This document shows positions 1-14,555 of a stretch of DNA of 64,000 bases, piece after piece; position 1 is the stretch's first letter; each line of letters opens with the position of its first letter. The stretch comes from Chrysomallon squamiferum (taxonomy: Eukaryota; Animalia; Mollusca). The notes below the pieces were generated by a model that saw only the letters and a list, made by a program, of their open reading frames with translations, did not search any database and was not told the origin of the DNA. The position numbers and the translations under genes were made by a program. The stretch lies in NCBI GenBank assembly GCA_012295275.1, contig CM022679.1:6014001-6078000 (forward strand), in the 5' to 3' direction.

Positions 1-611
1 GGATTGGGGGGGTTGTTGGATATTTAACCCCACAGAAATAAAACAAAAATAGAAAAGGTCTGCTATTGTCTGCCATCAATATTTAAGTCTTCTTTACTGT
101 GTAATACAGTTATATATTATATGTACAGGTGTTTGTACTGTACAATATATATATACCATTTAATTTGTATTTTATCTTTTTTGACTAAAATACATAGCTT
201 TTATGAAATCAGAATGAAATTAGTTTATGTAATACCCCTTCTCAAATGTCTAGGCCAATCCCTTAAGTGTATATTATTTATCAGACTTGTGATATTTTAT
301 CTGCTCTATATTTATTCAGTCATAGGAATGATGCAGTTGTGTAAATTAATCCATCTTGTCTTTTCTGAAATGAATGATATATGGCTTGCCTTGAATTTTG
401 ATAAAAAATTGAATTTATTATTTGAAATTTGATTTACATTTTTGGGCTCTGAAGTTGAACTGACATGCAGACACCATTGTTATCTTCTTCACTGGGTTTA
501 TTTTTTACATGCTTGAGTGATATGGATATTTAATAATGCATACATACAGTTTTATGTTTATGCACATATTTTATCATGAAGAGATAGGATGTTATTATTG
601 TGCTGTACCAG

Positions 612-1607
612 AGTTCATGACTGATTTCAAAAAAATTGTTTAAACAAATTGCTTTAGAAACAAGCTAGTAGATCATAATAGAAAGGTAGACTGAAAAAAA
701 GGTGAAAACAGTTTCCAGTGTATGAAGAAAATCTAATCCTTACATTAAAAAGATGATGATGATAATAATAATAATAATAATAATAATAATTACAATTAAG
801 TTTATTCTTAATATTTTACTTTACATAATTTTTCTTCACTAAGATTTCTTAGTTCTATTTTATTTCATATTTATTTTATTATACATGTATATGATTATTT
901 GCATTTCAGAAAAAAATATTTTACTGATACATATGAAAAACTATATTCAGATGTAAATTGAAATGGTTTTGTTATTTTTATTAAATAATAAATCTTTTAT
1001 CCAACAGAAATATGTTATCAACATGTATTGTGCAATACCGGAGTTAGCAAACAACCAGAGGAGTCATACTGTTAAAGTTATGATCCTGGTCAAATAAAAA
1101 TGTGGAACACTTCAGATTTGTTAAGTTTATGACTGATAGCAAAAGGCATGTTTAAACAAGTAGCTTTAGAAACAAGCTAACAGATCATAATAGAAAGGTA
1201 GACTGTTACACCTGAAAAAATGGTGAAAACAGTTTCCAGTGTATGAAGAAAACCTAATCCTTACATTAAAAAGATGATAATAATAATAATAATAATAATA
1301 ATAACTATTATTAGATAGTTTAATAAACAAAGCAACTGATTGTTGAAAAAATGTCATGAATGTGTGTGTGTGTGTAAATGTGTCGAATAAGTATATTTTT
1401 AAAATTTTACTTTACATAATTTTTCTTGACATTTTGTAATTCTGTTTTGTTTCGTATTTATTTTATTATACATGTATATGATTATTTGCATTACAAATTT
1501 TTTTTTTACTGATACATATAAAAAACCATATTCAGATGTAAAATGAAATGGTTTTGTTATTTTTATTAACATCCTCAAAAATATAATATTTTATCCAACA
1601 GAAATAT
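612..1607. repeat. Diverged intronic direct duplication (copies ~612-1013 and ~1123-1607)
   Basis: Shared blocks in the same order in both copies: GCTTTAGAAACAAGCTA..GATCATAATAGAAAGGTAGACTG, GGTGAAAACAGTTTCCAGTGTATGAAGAAAA, TTATACATGTATATGATTATTTGCATT, TTTTATCCAACAGAAATAT. Confidence 0.85.
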
Positions 1608-1720
1608 ACATTGTCTAACCATTGTCCTGCAGCCCACATTCTATATTTTAAGTTGTCATAAAACAAATGTTTATTAATTCGTTAAAGTAGACATTTAAGA
1701 ACTGTTATTCTTTATTTCAG

Positions 1721-4657
1721 AGACACTTTTCATAAGGATGGTGTCACTACTATGAAAAGACATGTATTTCAGGTATTTATACAGCATTGTCTTTATTGCT
1801 TTTGCTAATGATATTAATATTGTTATTGTTATTGTTTTATTGTTATTATTATTTTTATTTTATTTTATAATTATTATTGTTACCATTGTTACTATTATTA
1901 TTTTTGTTGTTGTTCTTACTTTGTTATTATTATGTGTGCTATTAATATTATTATTTTGGTTTTTTTTTAAATTAAATCATTAGTCATGGAATCGACAAAA
2001 AGCAGTATTACGAGGATGGCTTTACCAGCTTGAACTTTGGTCTGGAACACTGAAAGAAATTGAAGGTAAAGTTATAAATAATATTATTGTGTTTAAAATT
2101 TTAAAATACCATTAAATTTCTTTCTTGACATCACAATTAACTGAGTTTATAAAAAAAATATATATATATAAACTGAAAAAATTAAATTAAATAAACACCT
2201 TCCGCAAAGCTCCCACTTTATTAAAGTTCTAAATAGAAGTATTTCTCACCAGATCAAACATTATTATTGTATGTATTTTTAAGTATACATTCAATTTGTT
2301 GATCTCATATTTTTTGTTTTTGTAAATAATAATGGTTCTATTAAGAATACTTTTAAATTGATAGACATGTTTTATTAGTCATTTAAGATTTATTTATATT
2401 AATCTTAAATTTGAATCAGTTTAAAATTATATATTTTAAAGTTTAATACAATTAAAATCAGGTTTTCAATTTTAGTACAATTTAAATGAATGATAAATCA
2501 ATTTTAATATTTACTTTAATTTAAGTTTTAAATCATTTTAAAATTCAATACGGTTTAAATCTGTAACATTTCAATTCAATTTAAATGAATTTGAAATTTT
2601 AATACATTTCAAATATTTTATTTTCAGGTCGTTTTGGAATGGCCATTGTGTCTTATTTCCGATTTGCACGATGGCTGCTGCTTCTCAACTGCATCTTCTT
2701 CATTGTTATGACATGTGTGATTGTCATACCCTTTGTTGCTCTTTCACAACCTCGTTCATTTTCTGACTGGGAGACATTTCTACCACTGAATGAGAGTAAC
2801 ATGTTTGAGACAGCACTAAACTGCACAGAATATTACACACAGTATGTTAACAACATAACTACAACAGAGAGCATCATTGACAAGATTTTGGATTTTATTA
2901 AGGGAACAGTATGTATTATTTTTAGTGTTCTTTTAGTAAATAATCGAGTGTTTTCATCAAAACAACCATTTTTTGGTCTGATTTGGTATTTTTATGCATA
3001 AATTAATATAGGAATTATAATAATAATAATTAACAAATAAATAAATAAAAATTATATGTTCAGGATACCAATTTTTGTTAATTTAAAAAATATAAAAATA
3101 ATTAATTTTGGGCTGATTATAATTCAAGAAAGTTGGCCATATTTATTTTATTAAAACGATAAGAAGATAACAATGTTTTAGATGTTAAGAGCATTAAGAA
3201 CTTGACATTGATTGAACAGTACAAAAATAATGTTTAACCAAAACAGATTACTAACAGACTGATCATAATTTTATTAAATGGATGATGTTATTATTAAATA
3301 ATATTATTAATTTATTAAATGAAATCATCAATATCTAATTTAATAAATAAATATTGTTATCATTTGAATAACTATTCAAAGTAACTCAGAAGTTTCACAG
3401 AAAAAAAAAAAAAAAATTTACTTTCTTTATTTTGCACCTAACTTTGATGTAATAAATCATTCATATTTTATAATTTTATACAAGACCCTTCGTGCCTTTA
3501 TTTCACAGAAAACAGCTGTTTATAATGCTAAAACAATAAAACAAACTATTTCAAAATACTATAATAGTAAAACTAAACCATTTTATATTATTTATTTACA
3601 GCAAACTCACCACAAAAAAGGAATCATTGTAATAAAATATAATAATAAAACAAACTACATACACATAAATAAAAAAAACACAACCCAAATAATAAAACAA
3701 ATTGTATTAGACTAATGCAGCAATAAAACTATTGAAATTATTACAGCAAGCTCAGTACAGTAAAATAATACAAAGATAACAAAGACACAGCATTTTCTAT
3801 GTTTTGTTCTTAGCAGTTTATAGTCTGCTGTTGTTACAACACTAAACACTCCATTCAGGCTTTATGAAACCAGTCAGACTGCAAGCTGTATCTGTCTCTA
3901 GTCAGCTTTGTTTTTCCTAATTAACTCACACAGCTTAGTTTCTAATGTAAACTTTTAGTCCATTAGCCTCAGTGGAGTGATCCAGCCTGCCTAATAGCAT
4001 TGTATAGACCATGACATAATCTGTTTCAACTAATCACAGTTGAAACATGTAATAACACACTTCTGTTATAAGTACAGTGGGAGAACAAGAATATTTGTCA
4101 CATTTGGAATCTGGTTGTTGAGGTGTCTGGATGGAGAAAAATGGAACATTTCAGAATAGAACTTTATATTACACTTTGCACTGCTTTAACAGTAAATCAG
4201 AACAGAAATTCATATTACATTCTCCAGTGGTTAAAGAGGTATAAGTAAACATTATTAAATTAGAAAATGATGCCAGATTTGAAGAAAAATTTTTTTAAGA
4301 ATTTATATCAGCCATCTGGTTTGGTATACTCTGAAACATTCCAGCTAATCAAGATTTGAAGCTCATGTGGTTCATATCAGAGATACTTTCCAAAACTGCT
4401 AGGCATCTTTCCTATACAATTATCAAGCTGAAGCTGTTATATTTTTTAAACTTAAAATATTGTTTATTGGAATAATATAAATGGCAACTACACTGCTAAT
4501 TAATTGTATGTACATACTGCAGTTTATTCTGTTATGACAAAATAAATACACAAAGGTATCTTTGTATTGTAGAAATTAAGAAAACTTTGAAAACTGATAG
4601 CTAAATAAGAAGTAAAATTTTATTTTTTAGTATTTTTTACATTTGTCATTATTATTG

Positions 4658-4688
<31 letters not shown>

Positions 4689-5990
4689 TTTATTTTGTTG
4701 GTATTATTATTAGTCTGATATTGTTCTGCAGATAAACATATTTAGAAACTATAGTTAATATATTTAAGGATATAATTAAAAAGGATTAATCATAGAACAC
4801 AATCTAATCAAATCCCAAAACACAAAAACAACCCAAAACAAATAATTTTAAAATACTTATTTGCACCTGTAATAATAATAATAATAATCTACAAATTAAC
4901 TGATCTGTAATAAAATTATTTGATTTCAGGGTTGGATGGAAAGGACGGAACTATTTTATGGAGTCTATTACAATAAAACATATCCAAAGCCTGGAAAGGA
5001 TAGTGTTGGGACTTACAACATGAGTCTGGCTTACATGCTGGCTACTGGAACCTGTTTCCTTGTCAGTTTTATACTTATTGTTAAAAAGTAAGATGTTTTT
5101 GTATTCTGCTTCATCCTTGTTCAAAAATGGAGCTGTATGTTCTAATTATTATTGCTATTCACCATCATCAATCTGTCTTCTGATTTTTATTACTGCTATT
5201 TATCATCATCATTATTGTCAATATCATCATCATCATTATCACTGATTTCATTTAGATTTAGAATGAAAATTTAATCATTGGTTGTAGAAATTATTAAATT
5301 ATTTTATTTGTAGTTAACCAAAATAATCTTTGTTATTGCTGTACTTGTTGTTGATTAACATGGGAATTTTTTCTTTCTCCAGTTCTGGCAAAAGTGTAAA
5401 GGAGGCAGTGACAGACAGGGAAAGTTCTGCAACCATGTACTGTAACAAAGTGTTGTGTGGCTGGGACTACTGCATCAGCAATGCCAAATCTGCTGCTCAG
5501 AAAAAGTCAAGTCTGGCCCAAGAATTAATGGTAAGTACTGTCAGGAAAGTAGTAACAGATTTAAATTATATTAGAGTTTACATCAGTACTGGGAGTTTAT
5601 TTTAAGTGATCATTAATTATTCTTAATCTGTTCTAGAGAGCATAACTAATCTTCATTTTCTTGAGGTATTTCACTGTCCTTGTTAAAGATAACAATTAAT
5701 ACAAAGCCTAAAACCCTTTCTAAACAGTTTTGCAGTTTCTCTGTTTGCCACTTTTTCTTTTTATTCTTGCAGTGTACTTTTATCCTCTTCTGTCTCATAT
5801 TCTAACTTTCATACAAATGAGAATTTTTTTTCTGTTTAAACAGATAATTTCTCTTAAAAAGGATAATCATACTCATGAAAAACAATTCACTTGCTTCTAA
5901 AATAAAAGTTTTGAATTAATGGTAAGTTCTGTCAGGAAAGTGGTAGCAGGTTTTTAAAAAAAATGTTTGTGTCAGTGTTTTATGGGAATT

Positions 5991-6025
<35 letters not shown>

Positions 6026-9000
6026 TTTTATAAACTTGAAACTACATTATCTAAATATGTGTGTTTATTTTAGGCTGATCTGAATGAACAGCGTAGAAGA
6101 ATAAGAAGCTCAGAACTCACCAGATGTCAGAGATACAAAATTTACTTCATTCGTTTCTTGGTGAATCTGTTTGTCTGCTGTGTGTTAGGAGCAGCCCTGT
6201 ATCTCATTTACTGGACAACACAGACACTGTTAAAGGTAACTTGATCAGTGAATCTACAATAATGTTATAGGCTGTTTATTTTGTAGCAGTAATTAACAGT
6301 AATTAAGTGGGGTTTTATATTTGTATATATTTTCTCAAAATGATACCGAATATAATTTGTAATACATTGTCATGGAAAGTTGACATAGAAACATACAGTC
6401 TTAATAAATATGAAGCTTGTATGTATGCTTTCACAGATACAGACATACATAGATATATTCATATACACAAATACATATTTAATGTTTTTTCTTTCAATTC
6501 AACAGCTTAGAAAACAGACTCTGGCTGATATTGTCAGCCTGATTGTTGAATACCTTCCATCTTTGGCTGTCACATTTCTAAATTTTGTTGTGCCCCTGAT
6601 GTTCTCCAAGGTGGTAACAGTTGAAGAGTACAAACCAAGTTTTGAACTGAAGATAACATTATTCAGGTTTGTGTTAATGAAGTAACTTACTGTTTCATCA
6701 TGTTCACGTACTCCATCTGAATGTCCGTGTGTGTCAGTATCTCTGACATTTCTTCCTCATATAAATGACCTTTCCCTGCTCATTTCCTCTTCACTTTCGT
6801 CTAACACCTCTCATTTGCACATTTTTTTTACCTGCATATATCTTCATTTTATCTCTCTTTTCTGTCTGTATTTCTAACACTAAAAGTGATAGAGAATTGC
6901 TGTTATTTCAGGACTGTGTTGTTAAGGCTGGCCTCTCTTGGTGTTCTAGCTATATCTCTGTACATACAGTTGTTGGCAACAGACGGAACAGAGGGAACAA
7001 GCTGTTATGCTGATGAGCCAGGCAACAATTGCTGTGGAAATTATCAGTGGGAAAACACCAGTGATTCTGGAAGCAAAGGAACAGTAAAGGTAAGATAAAA
7101 CATTGTATGTCAGATATCTAACAGTCAGTAACATTAAATTTAACCTTTTTTCTCATTTATTTATATATTTACTTTTTTGTTCCTTCCTTCATTTATTTAT
7201 CTTTTGACTGATAGATTCATTTATTTGTTTGTTCATTAATTTATCTATTCATTCATTTATCTTTTTGTTCATTCATTTACCTAATAATTCCTTTATTTGT
7301 TCTTTAATTCATTAGTTATACTGCAGTGCATTTAGTTACATTCTGTTGAAGAATATTAAAAAACAAATTTCTTTTCTAGTGTTGGGAAACGTACGTAGGA
7401 CAGCAGTTCTATAAACTGGCTCTGGTAGACTTTGTCGCTGTACTTTTATTGACTACCTTTGAGTTCGTTAGAAAGTAAGTAAACAAGAACACAAATATGT
7501 CCTAAACATCACTATTTCTGATGCTTGGAAAAACTTTTGGATAATCTGTAATAATTGTCAGGGGTAGAGTTGCACAATTTGATTTAAAATTAAATTTTCA
7601 AATAATCAAATTATTTTTTTCTTCTTTTTTATTTTTCAGATTTATATTTGAAAGATTCAAATCAAAATCTAAACTGGTGATGATGTTTGGCCAGCAGGAG
7701 TTTGAGCTTCCAACAAATGTTTTAGATATAGTGTATGGTCAGACTATTTGTTGGTAAGTACAGAAAAGATCATTTACTTCTCTAACACAAAAATTAATCT
7801 CATCAGTACTCAAACTGTTGTGCACAAAGACTGAAAATTAAATTTGCTCTATTTTAAATGTTCCACAAGATATTTAATTAAGCAAATATGTTTAAGCAAA
7901 TGAGTTTTGTGTCTTGAAATATGACTGAAAATTTGATTTGTGACAGCATTTTGGTACTGTAGCCAATACTTAACCCACATAAAATTACCTACTTTATAGT
8001 TATTTTAAAATATGTACTAATTTTGTTTTTAACTTGTTTTTTTTTTTTTTTTTGTCTGGTATTGTAATGAAATTTATAAATGATAAATAAATGAACAATG
8101 TGTTAATATTTTGTGTTTCAGGCTAGGAATGTTCTTCTCACCTCTCATACCTGCAATTACCTTAGTCAAAGTGTTTATTATCTTTTATCTGAAAAAAGTA
8201 AGTTTAACGGTATCATATAAATAATGTTGTATTGTGGTTAAATTAGTTTTGTATCATTATATTTTATTTTATTTTATTGTCACTGATCTTATAGGCATCA
8301 ATGGTTGTATAAGACATATAGAAAATTAATAATTATTGGATTTAGTGTTAATTCATACATATATACTGGCAAACCCACATATATGCATATACCCATACAG
8401 CTATGCATATATAAATACAGAGATTCATACACATATACATAAACAAAATATATACAGATACATACATACATACAGACTATTAAAAAGAGGGTAAAAAAGA
8501 CATCTGTTTTTATTTTACACTGGATTATAAACTAATTTTTCACATACAGCAAAATCTGCATTAATAAATTCTGTCCAAGCACATTTGAATTATTTACATA
8601 TGGTTACATGTCCCAAGGAAACCAAATGTTAATGTTAAAAAAAGTATTAAATAAACTTGTTTCAAATCTCTGATAGATAGTTGTCATAATTTTGGTTATT
8701 CAGATTTAGATGTTATGATTTCTGATAGATAATTTTTTTCTGTTTCAGTTTACATTGTTAAAGAACTGTATACCTCCAGTCCAACCTTATCGTGCATCAA
8801 AATCTAATTCCTTCTTCATGACAATACTTCTAATTTCATTCATTCTTGCAGTCATTCCTGTAGGGTATATTATGGGAACGTAAGTGTACATAATATTTCT
8901 TTTGATCTTTTGCTTTCTAATACTTTTTAATATTAGCTGCTACATTCCATTACAGTCAAGATTTTGCCAATAGTATGTCATTAGTAAATAAACAATAAAT

Positions 9001-10215
9001 AAAATATTTAAATATAATTGTAAATCACCAATAAATCAAATATTTATATATTAATCTTTACAAACTATTCATTTAAATTTTGTTTCATTTATTATTTATT
9101 TGAACTGTATTGGGTTATTTATATCCACTGTTTCATTGTTTACTTGAATTAATTGCAGTTTAATCTATGTATTAGTTTCAAAAAACATTATTTTGTTTAA
9201 TTTTTATTAAATAGTATAAAAATTTCTTTCTAATAAGATTTAGATATGTTACAAAAATATATTTTAGTTTTATATGTATACTCAGCCTTATCTGACTTTG
9301 TTATCTTTGACTTTCAGCATAAAGCCCTCTCAGAGTTGTGGCCCTTTTCGTGTGTACAGCCATCCAAATTTTGTGTTTTTTGATGTTGTAACCAACACTG
9401 TAAAGACATGGCCAGATGTGGCCAATAAAATCTTCTTTTTTCTAGGAACAGTGGGCTTCTTTATTCCAGCTATAATTTTTCTTTGGTAAGTAAACTTGAA
9501 AACAAATTCATTAAATTTTTATTTATATCAGCAAGAAATATTTTTCTGTGCTCTACATACAATAGGCTTTGACATTTGGGCTCAGTCTAGGATGGGAAAT
9601 GGCATACTAATTGTTTGTAAATATGTTTAATTTCCTAAATGTTTGATGAGCAAACCATTTTAATAATAAGAATTTATCTTAACAGAACTCTTAAAATAAC
9701 CCCAAAAAAACATACTGTTTAAAATATTAGTAGCTATGTTGTTTATATACTCATTTCTTTTTATTTTACAACATGTTTATGACATAAGTATGAAAGAACA
9801 AACCTGCTAATTCTTACATTTCTCTTTGTCATGTTCTTTGATATATATATATATATATATATATAGAATGGGAAATTTAAAGGTTTACATAAAATAATAC
9901 TAATTTAATTTTTGTTTTCAGTTTGTGCATATACTATTTCTGGGCAGCAGGACAGGGATACAAGAAGATGGAAGAAATTTTAAAGGAACAACTCAAATTG
10001 GTAATTTACATTACTGTGCATTCATGTGTGTATGTGTGCCTGTGTGTATAGAGATACATGCATTTTGTGTGTGTAAGTGTGTGTATTTGAAAAAAATATA
10101 CTTTACACTGACAACTTTGTTTTGTTTATTGCAGGAAGGTAAAGATCGTCAGTTTTTGTTGATGCGAGTTAATGATGTAATCCAGAGAGGAGAGTTACAA
10201 ACAGCCAGAAGATAA
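1721..10215 (+). CDS. TMC7: Transmembrane channel-like protein, TMC7-like (5' partial, 15 exons visible)
   Basis: GT-AG exons join in frame: 1721-1772, 1984-2065, 2628-2908, 4930-5087, 5383-5530, 6074-6235, 6506-6666, 6912-7089, 7380-7474, 7640-7753, 8122-8197, 8749-8879, 9318-9485, 9922-10000, 10135-10215 (TAA). TMC motifs present: [90 protein letters not shown]. No start seen, so it probably lies upstream of the window. The TMC7 paralog assignment is inferred. Confidence 0.92.
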
Positions 10216-12275
10216 CAAGATACATCTTTGTCATAAATCATTTATTGGTTCATCTTATCTTAGTGCTTTCATGGGCTGCATTGTGAAAAAAATAAACATG
10301 GCCTTCAAATCTTTAGTAACTCAAAGGTGGACACTTGAAGATTTGTGATGTTGAATTCAGGAGAATAAACCAGATGAAAGAAATTCATCAGAATTTAAAT
10401 ATGTTAAGAATTCTTCAAGGGAGAACAAAATTCTAGATCAAAATAAGTGATGGAGAATTCCAGAAGAACAACAAAATACCAAAATATCAAGCAACAATAG
10501 TGACATATTATTTTTTTTAATTGAGAAGAAGTAAGGATAATTTTCTGAAGATTTGCTGCTGCTGTACTTATTTTGTGATCAAGGAAAAATTTGTTTCGCA
10601 ATACTTAAAATATTGTATAAATTATTACAGCATGAACTGTTTGGTTGTGAGGTGAGATGTTGATAAACCTGTGATCCTTTGTTGTGATGTGTATATATTT
10701 CTGAAGAAACATTTTAAAGTGTATATGTGGGTAGGATGAACAAATGGCCTAAATGGATTCTAGCGTAATGCTGTTATATGGTTTTAGGTATTACCATGTA
10801 ATGTGAATTTAGTGTGACAACAAATAGCCTACTTATTAATAAGTCTTTTATTTTATCATGATGTTCTATTATTAGCAAAGGTTGGTATTTAGAATTAAAA
10901 TTCAAAATAATATTTAAGAAGCATACAAAAATTCATTTAGGCTGTTTATAGACATAGAACAATTGACTTATCATTCACTGTGATGTATTAAGTTTTCTAA
11001 CAAAATTTTATTATTTAATCAGAATTTTATATTTGAATTGTCGTCTGCACAGAATTTATTGTGTTCTAAAGTGACTATGAATAATAACGATGCTTGATTT
11101 TAACTGGATTTAAATGGGATTTTCTTGCATTTTACTAAGAGTACTGGACTATGAATGATGTATTTTATGGATTCTGTTATGTTGTAATAATATGCAACTC
11201 TGTTCTAACTAGTTAGTTTAAAAAAAGAAATGGTTTACTATGCAACTATTTTTAATTTTTTAATCATTTTACATTGTGATTTATTCAGATCCTACTGCTG
11301 AGTGGTCATTTCTTGGCAAAATGGTTTTTTTATTTTTTTTTTAAATTCCTATTTCTAAACAGTGCCTTAAGGAATATATACACATATATAAACAAATTGC
11401 TTTACTAGGATAATCTAGTCAACTTTTGTAAATTTATAATTATTGTTTAAGGAATTTAAATGATAAATTTTCACAGGATGTTCAGTTACAAACAGGTTAG
11501 CTAAAAGGAAACAGATTCATGGTGGACAAAATAGTTTGATTTTAAAAAAATACTTTCTTCATGGTTCATTACTAAATTAGCATTTAATTTTGTTATTCAT
11601 TTCTGCTTGGTTTTCAGCCCTTTATTTTCTTTTGTAAAGTTTGCTTGGCATCTTACTTACACAGTGCAATTTAGTCATTTAAATTTTCAAATTTGTTTCA
11701 AGGGTAACATTTGTACGTGTTGATGACTATCATTATTTTTAAACTTGATTAATACTGTCAGTGCTATTACCACAGTTGCTGCATATAACAAGAATGCTTG
11801 GGAAAGAATATATAGTGGGATGTTATTACAATAGGGGCCCAGATAATTCATCATGTTAAAATTTGGTGTAGTAGTGATAAAGAAAAGGAAATCATTATCA
11901 TTTATGTAATTGCAGAACACATTATGTATTTTTACCAATAACTGATCTCTCCCTGTTGAGCTAGATATTATCTGAATTAAAGTTATGATTAATATATATT
12001 AGTGTGGGCATGCTATATACACTTTAAAACCTTCCAGATGAGTAAATAAAGTAAATAACAATTTCAACAATAATTAATAATAGGCAGCCCATATCCTGCT
12101 TCATTTTGATGCTAATCACTACAATGATACATAATTTTAGTTTGTGGTAAATGTGTCCTATGAAATCACCATGTTGTGATTTGTTATAGTCTTTGTCAAA
12201 ACATATTCAGATAGCTTCTCTTCTCCATAGTTGTTGTGATTAATCAGTTGGAATATATATCCTTAATACAAGCTT

Positions 12276-14290
12276 GCCAGATGTGCTTAATTAAAACCAG
12301 CCAGTCGTGCTTAATTAAAACCAGCCAGTCAGTACTGTCCTTTGCTAAACTTCTTTATGTCTCAAACAAATCTCCCAGTTGTGCTTTAGAATTGGCTATA
12401 CACCCTTTTAATTACATATGTCATTAGCAAACTTCCAATTGTGCTTACATCAGACAGCTAATTAGCTGGGTTACTTATCCAGAGAGCAGGCTTTCCAGTT
12501 GTGCTTAATTCAGTCAGCTTATCAGATGGGTTATATATCCACATAGCAGACCTCCCAGTTTTGCTTAATTCAGAGTCAGCTATATCCACATAGCAGGCCT
12601 TCCAGTTGTGCTTAATTCCAAGTCAGCTTATCAGATGGGTTATATATCCACATAGCAGGCCTTCCAGTTGTGCTTAATATTCAGTCAGCTTATCAGATGG
12701 GTTACATATCCACATAGTGGGCCTTCCAGTTGTGCTTAATTCAAAGTCAGCTTATCAGATGGGTTACATATCCACATAGCAGACCTCCCAGTTTTGCTTA
12801 ATTCAGAGTCATCTATATCCACATAGCAGGCCTTCCAGTTGTGCTTAATTCAAAGTCAGCTTATCAGATGGGTTATATATCCACATAGCAGGCCTCCCAG
12901 GTTTGCTTAATTCAGAGTCAGCTATATCCACATAGCAGGCCTTCCAGTTGTGCTTAATTCCAAGTCAGCTTATCAGATGGGTTATATTTCCACATAGCAG
13001 GCCTTCCAGTTGTGCTTAATTCCACGTCAGCTTATCAGATGGGTTATATATCCACATAGCAGGCCTTCCAGTTGTGCTTAATATTCAAAGTCAGCTTATC
13101 AGATGGGTTATATATCCACATAGCAGGCCTCCCAGTTTTGCTAAATTCAAAGTCAGCTTATCAGATGGGTTACATATCCGCATAGCAGGCCTTCCAGTTG
13201 TGCTTAATTCAGAGTCATCTATATCCACATAGTGGGCCTTCCAGTTATGCTTAATATTCAAAGTCAGCTTATCAGATGGGTTATATATCCACATAGCAGG
13301 CCTCCCAGTTTTGCTTAATTCAGAGTCAGCTATATCCACATAGCAGGCCTTCCAGTTGTGCTTAATTCCAAGTCAGCTTATCAGATGGGTTATATATCCA
13401 CATAGCAGGCCTTCCAGTTGTGCTTAATATTCAAAGTCAGCTTATCAGATGGGTTACATATCCACATAGCAGGCCTTCCAGTTGTGCTTAATATTCAAAG
13501 TCAGCTTATCAGATGGGTTACATATCCGCATAGCAGGCCTTCCAGTTGTGCTTAATTCAAATAAGTTAATTAGTATTGCTCCTTGCTAAATTTGTCCTAA
13601 AGAAATCTTCCAGTTGTGCTTTAGATTACATGTCATTAGCAAATTTCCAGTTGTGCTTACATCAGACTAAATAGCTGGGTTACATATCCAGAGAGCAGAC
13701 CTTCCAGTTGTGCTTAATTCAAAGTCTGCTTATCAGATGGATTATTAATCCACATAGCAGGCCTTCCAGTTGTGCTTAATTCAGAGTCAGCTTATCAGAT
13801 GGGTTATATTTCCACATAGCAGACCTTCCAGTTGTGCTTAATTCAGTGTCAGCTTATCAGATGGGTTATATTTCCACATAGCAGACCTTCCAGTTGTGCT
13901 TAATTCAGTGTCAGCTTATCAGATGGGTTATATTTCCACATAGCAGACCTTCCAGTTGTGCTTAATTCAGAGTCAGCTTATCAGATGGGTTATATTTCCA
14001 CATAGCAGACCTTCCAGTTGTGCTTAATTCAAATCAGCTGTCAGTTCTGTTCTTTTCTAATCTTCTTTTTATCCTAATGAAATATCCCAGCTGTGCTTAA
14101 TTTAGTGAATGTAAGTAAACATTGGGATTACTTATCCACAGCAGACATTCCACTTGTGCTTAATTCAAAGCCTTCTGTTATCATACATTATATACCCACT
14201 TAGCAAGGCTTCCAGTTTTGCTTACTCCAATGACTACTATTCATTTGGATTGCATGTCTGTAGCAGACATTTCAGCTGTGCTTTATTCTA
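12276..14290. repeat. Minisatellite array of ~62-bp and ~47-bp units with higher-order structure
   Basis: Repeated unit CCAGTTGTGCTTAATTCAAAGTCAGCTTATCAGATGGGTTATATATCCACATAGCAGGCCTT is interleaved with a shorter variant lacking the ATCAGATGGGTT-containing segment. Homogeneous at ~12490-14030 and degenerate at both ends. Confidence 0.95.
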
Positions 14291-14555
14291 GTCTTTATTC
14301 AAAAATATTTCATTATATATTAAAGACATTGCTTCAATTGAATTTGATTCAACACTTACTTAATGATAGGTTATAAATATGAAAAAAGAGTATGCCTTCT
14401 TGTCATGCTTGATAAATGTAATTTGGATTTTTCATCCTTAGCAATTGGGCTGTTTCCAGTCTTTAATTTTATGCATATCTTCCATCTATTCTAAATCTAA
14501 AGTCAAATTTATATAACTATTATCAGTTAGTTGTTTAGCCTTGAATAGTCTCTAC

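Noticed and set aside
121-432. 103-aa ORF
   Set aside because: AT-biased I/L/F/Y composition and no recognisable motif; it probably lies in an upstream TMC intron.
13091-13339. 82-aa minus-strand ORF
   Set aside because: Satellite-derived; the frame changes between units.
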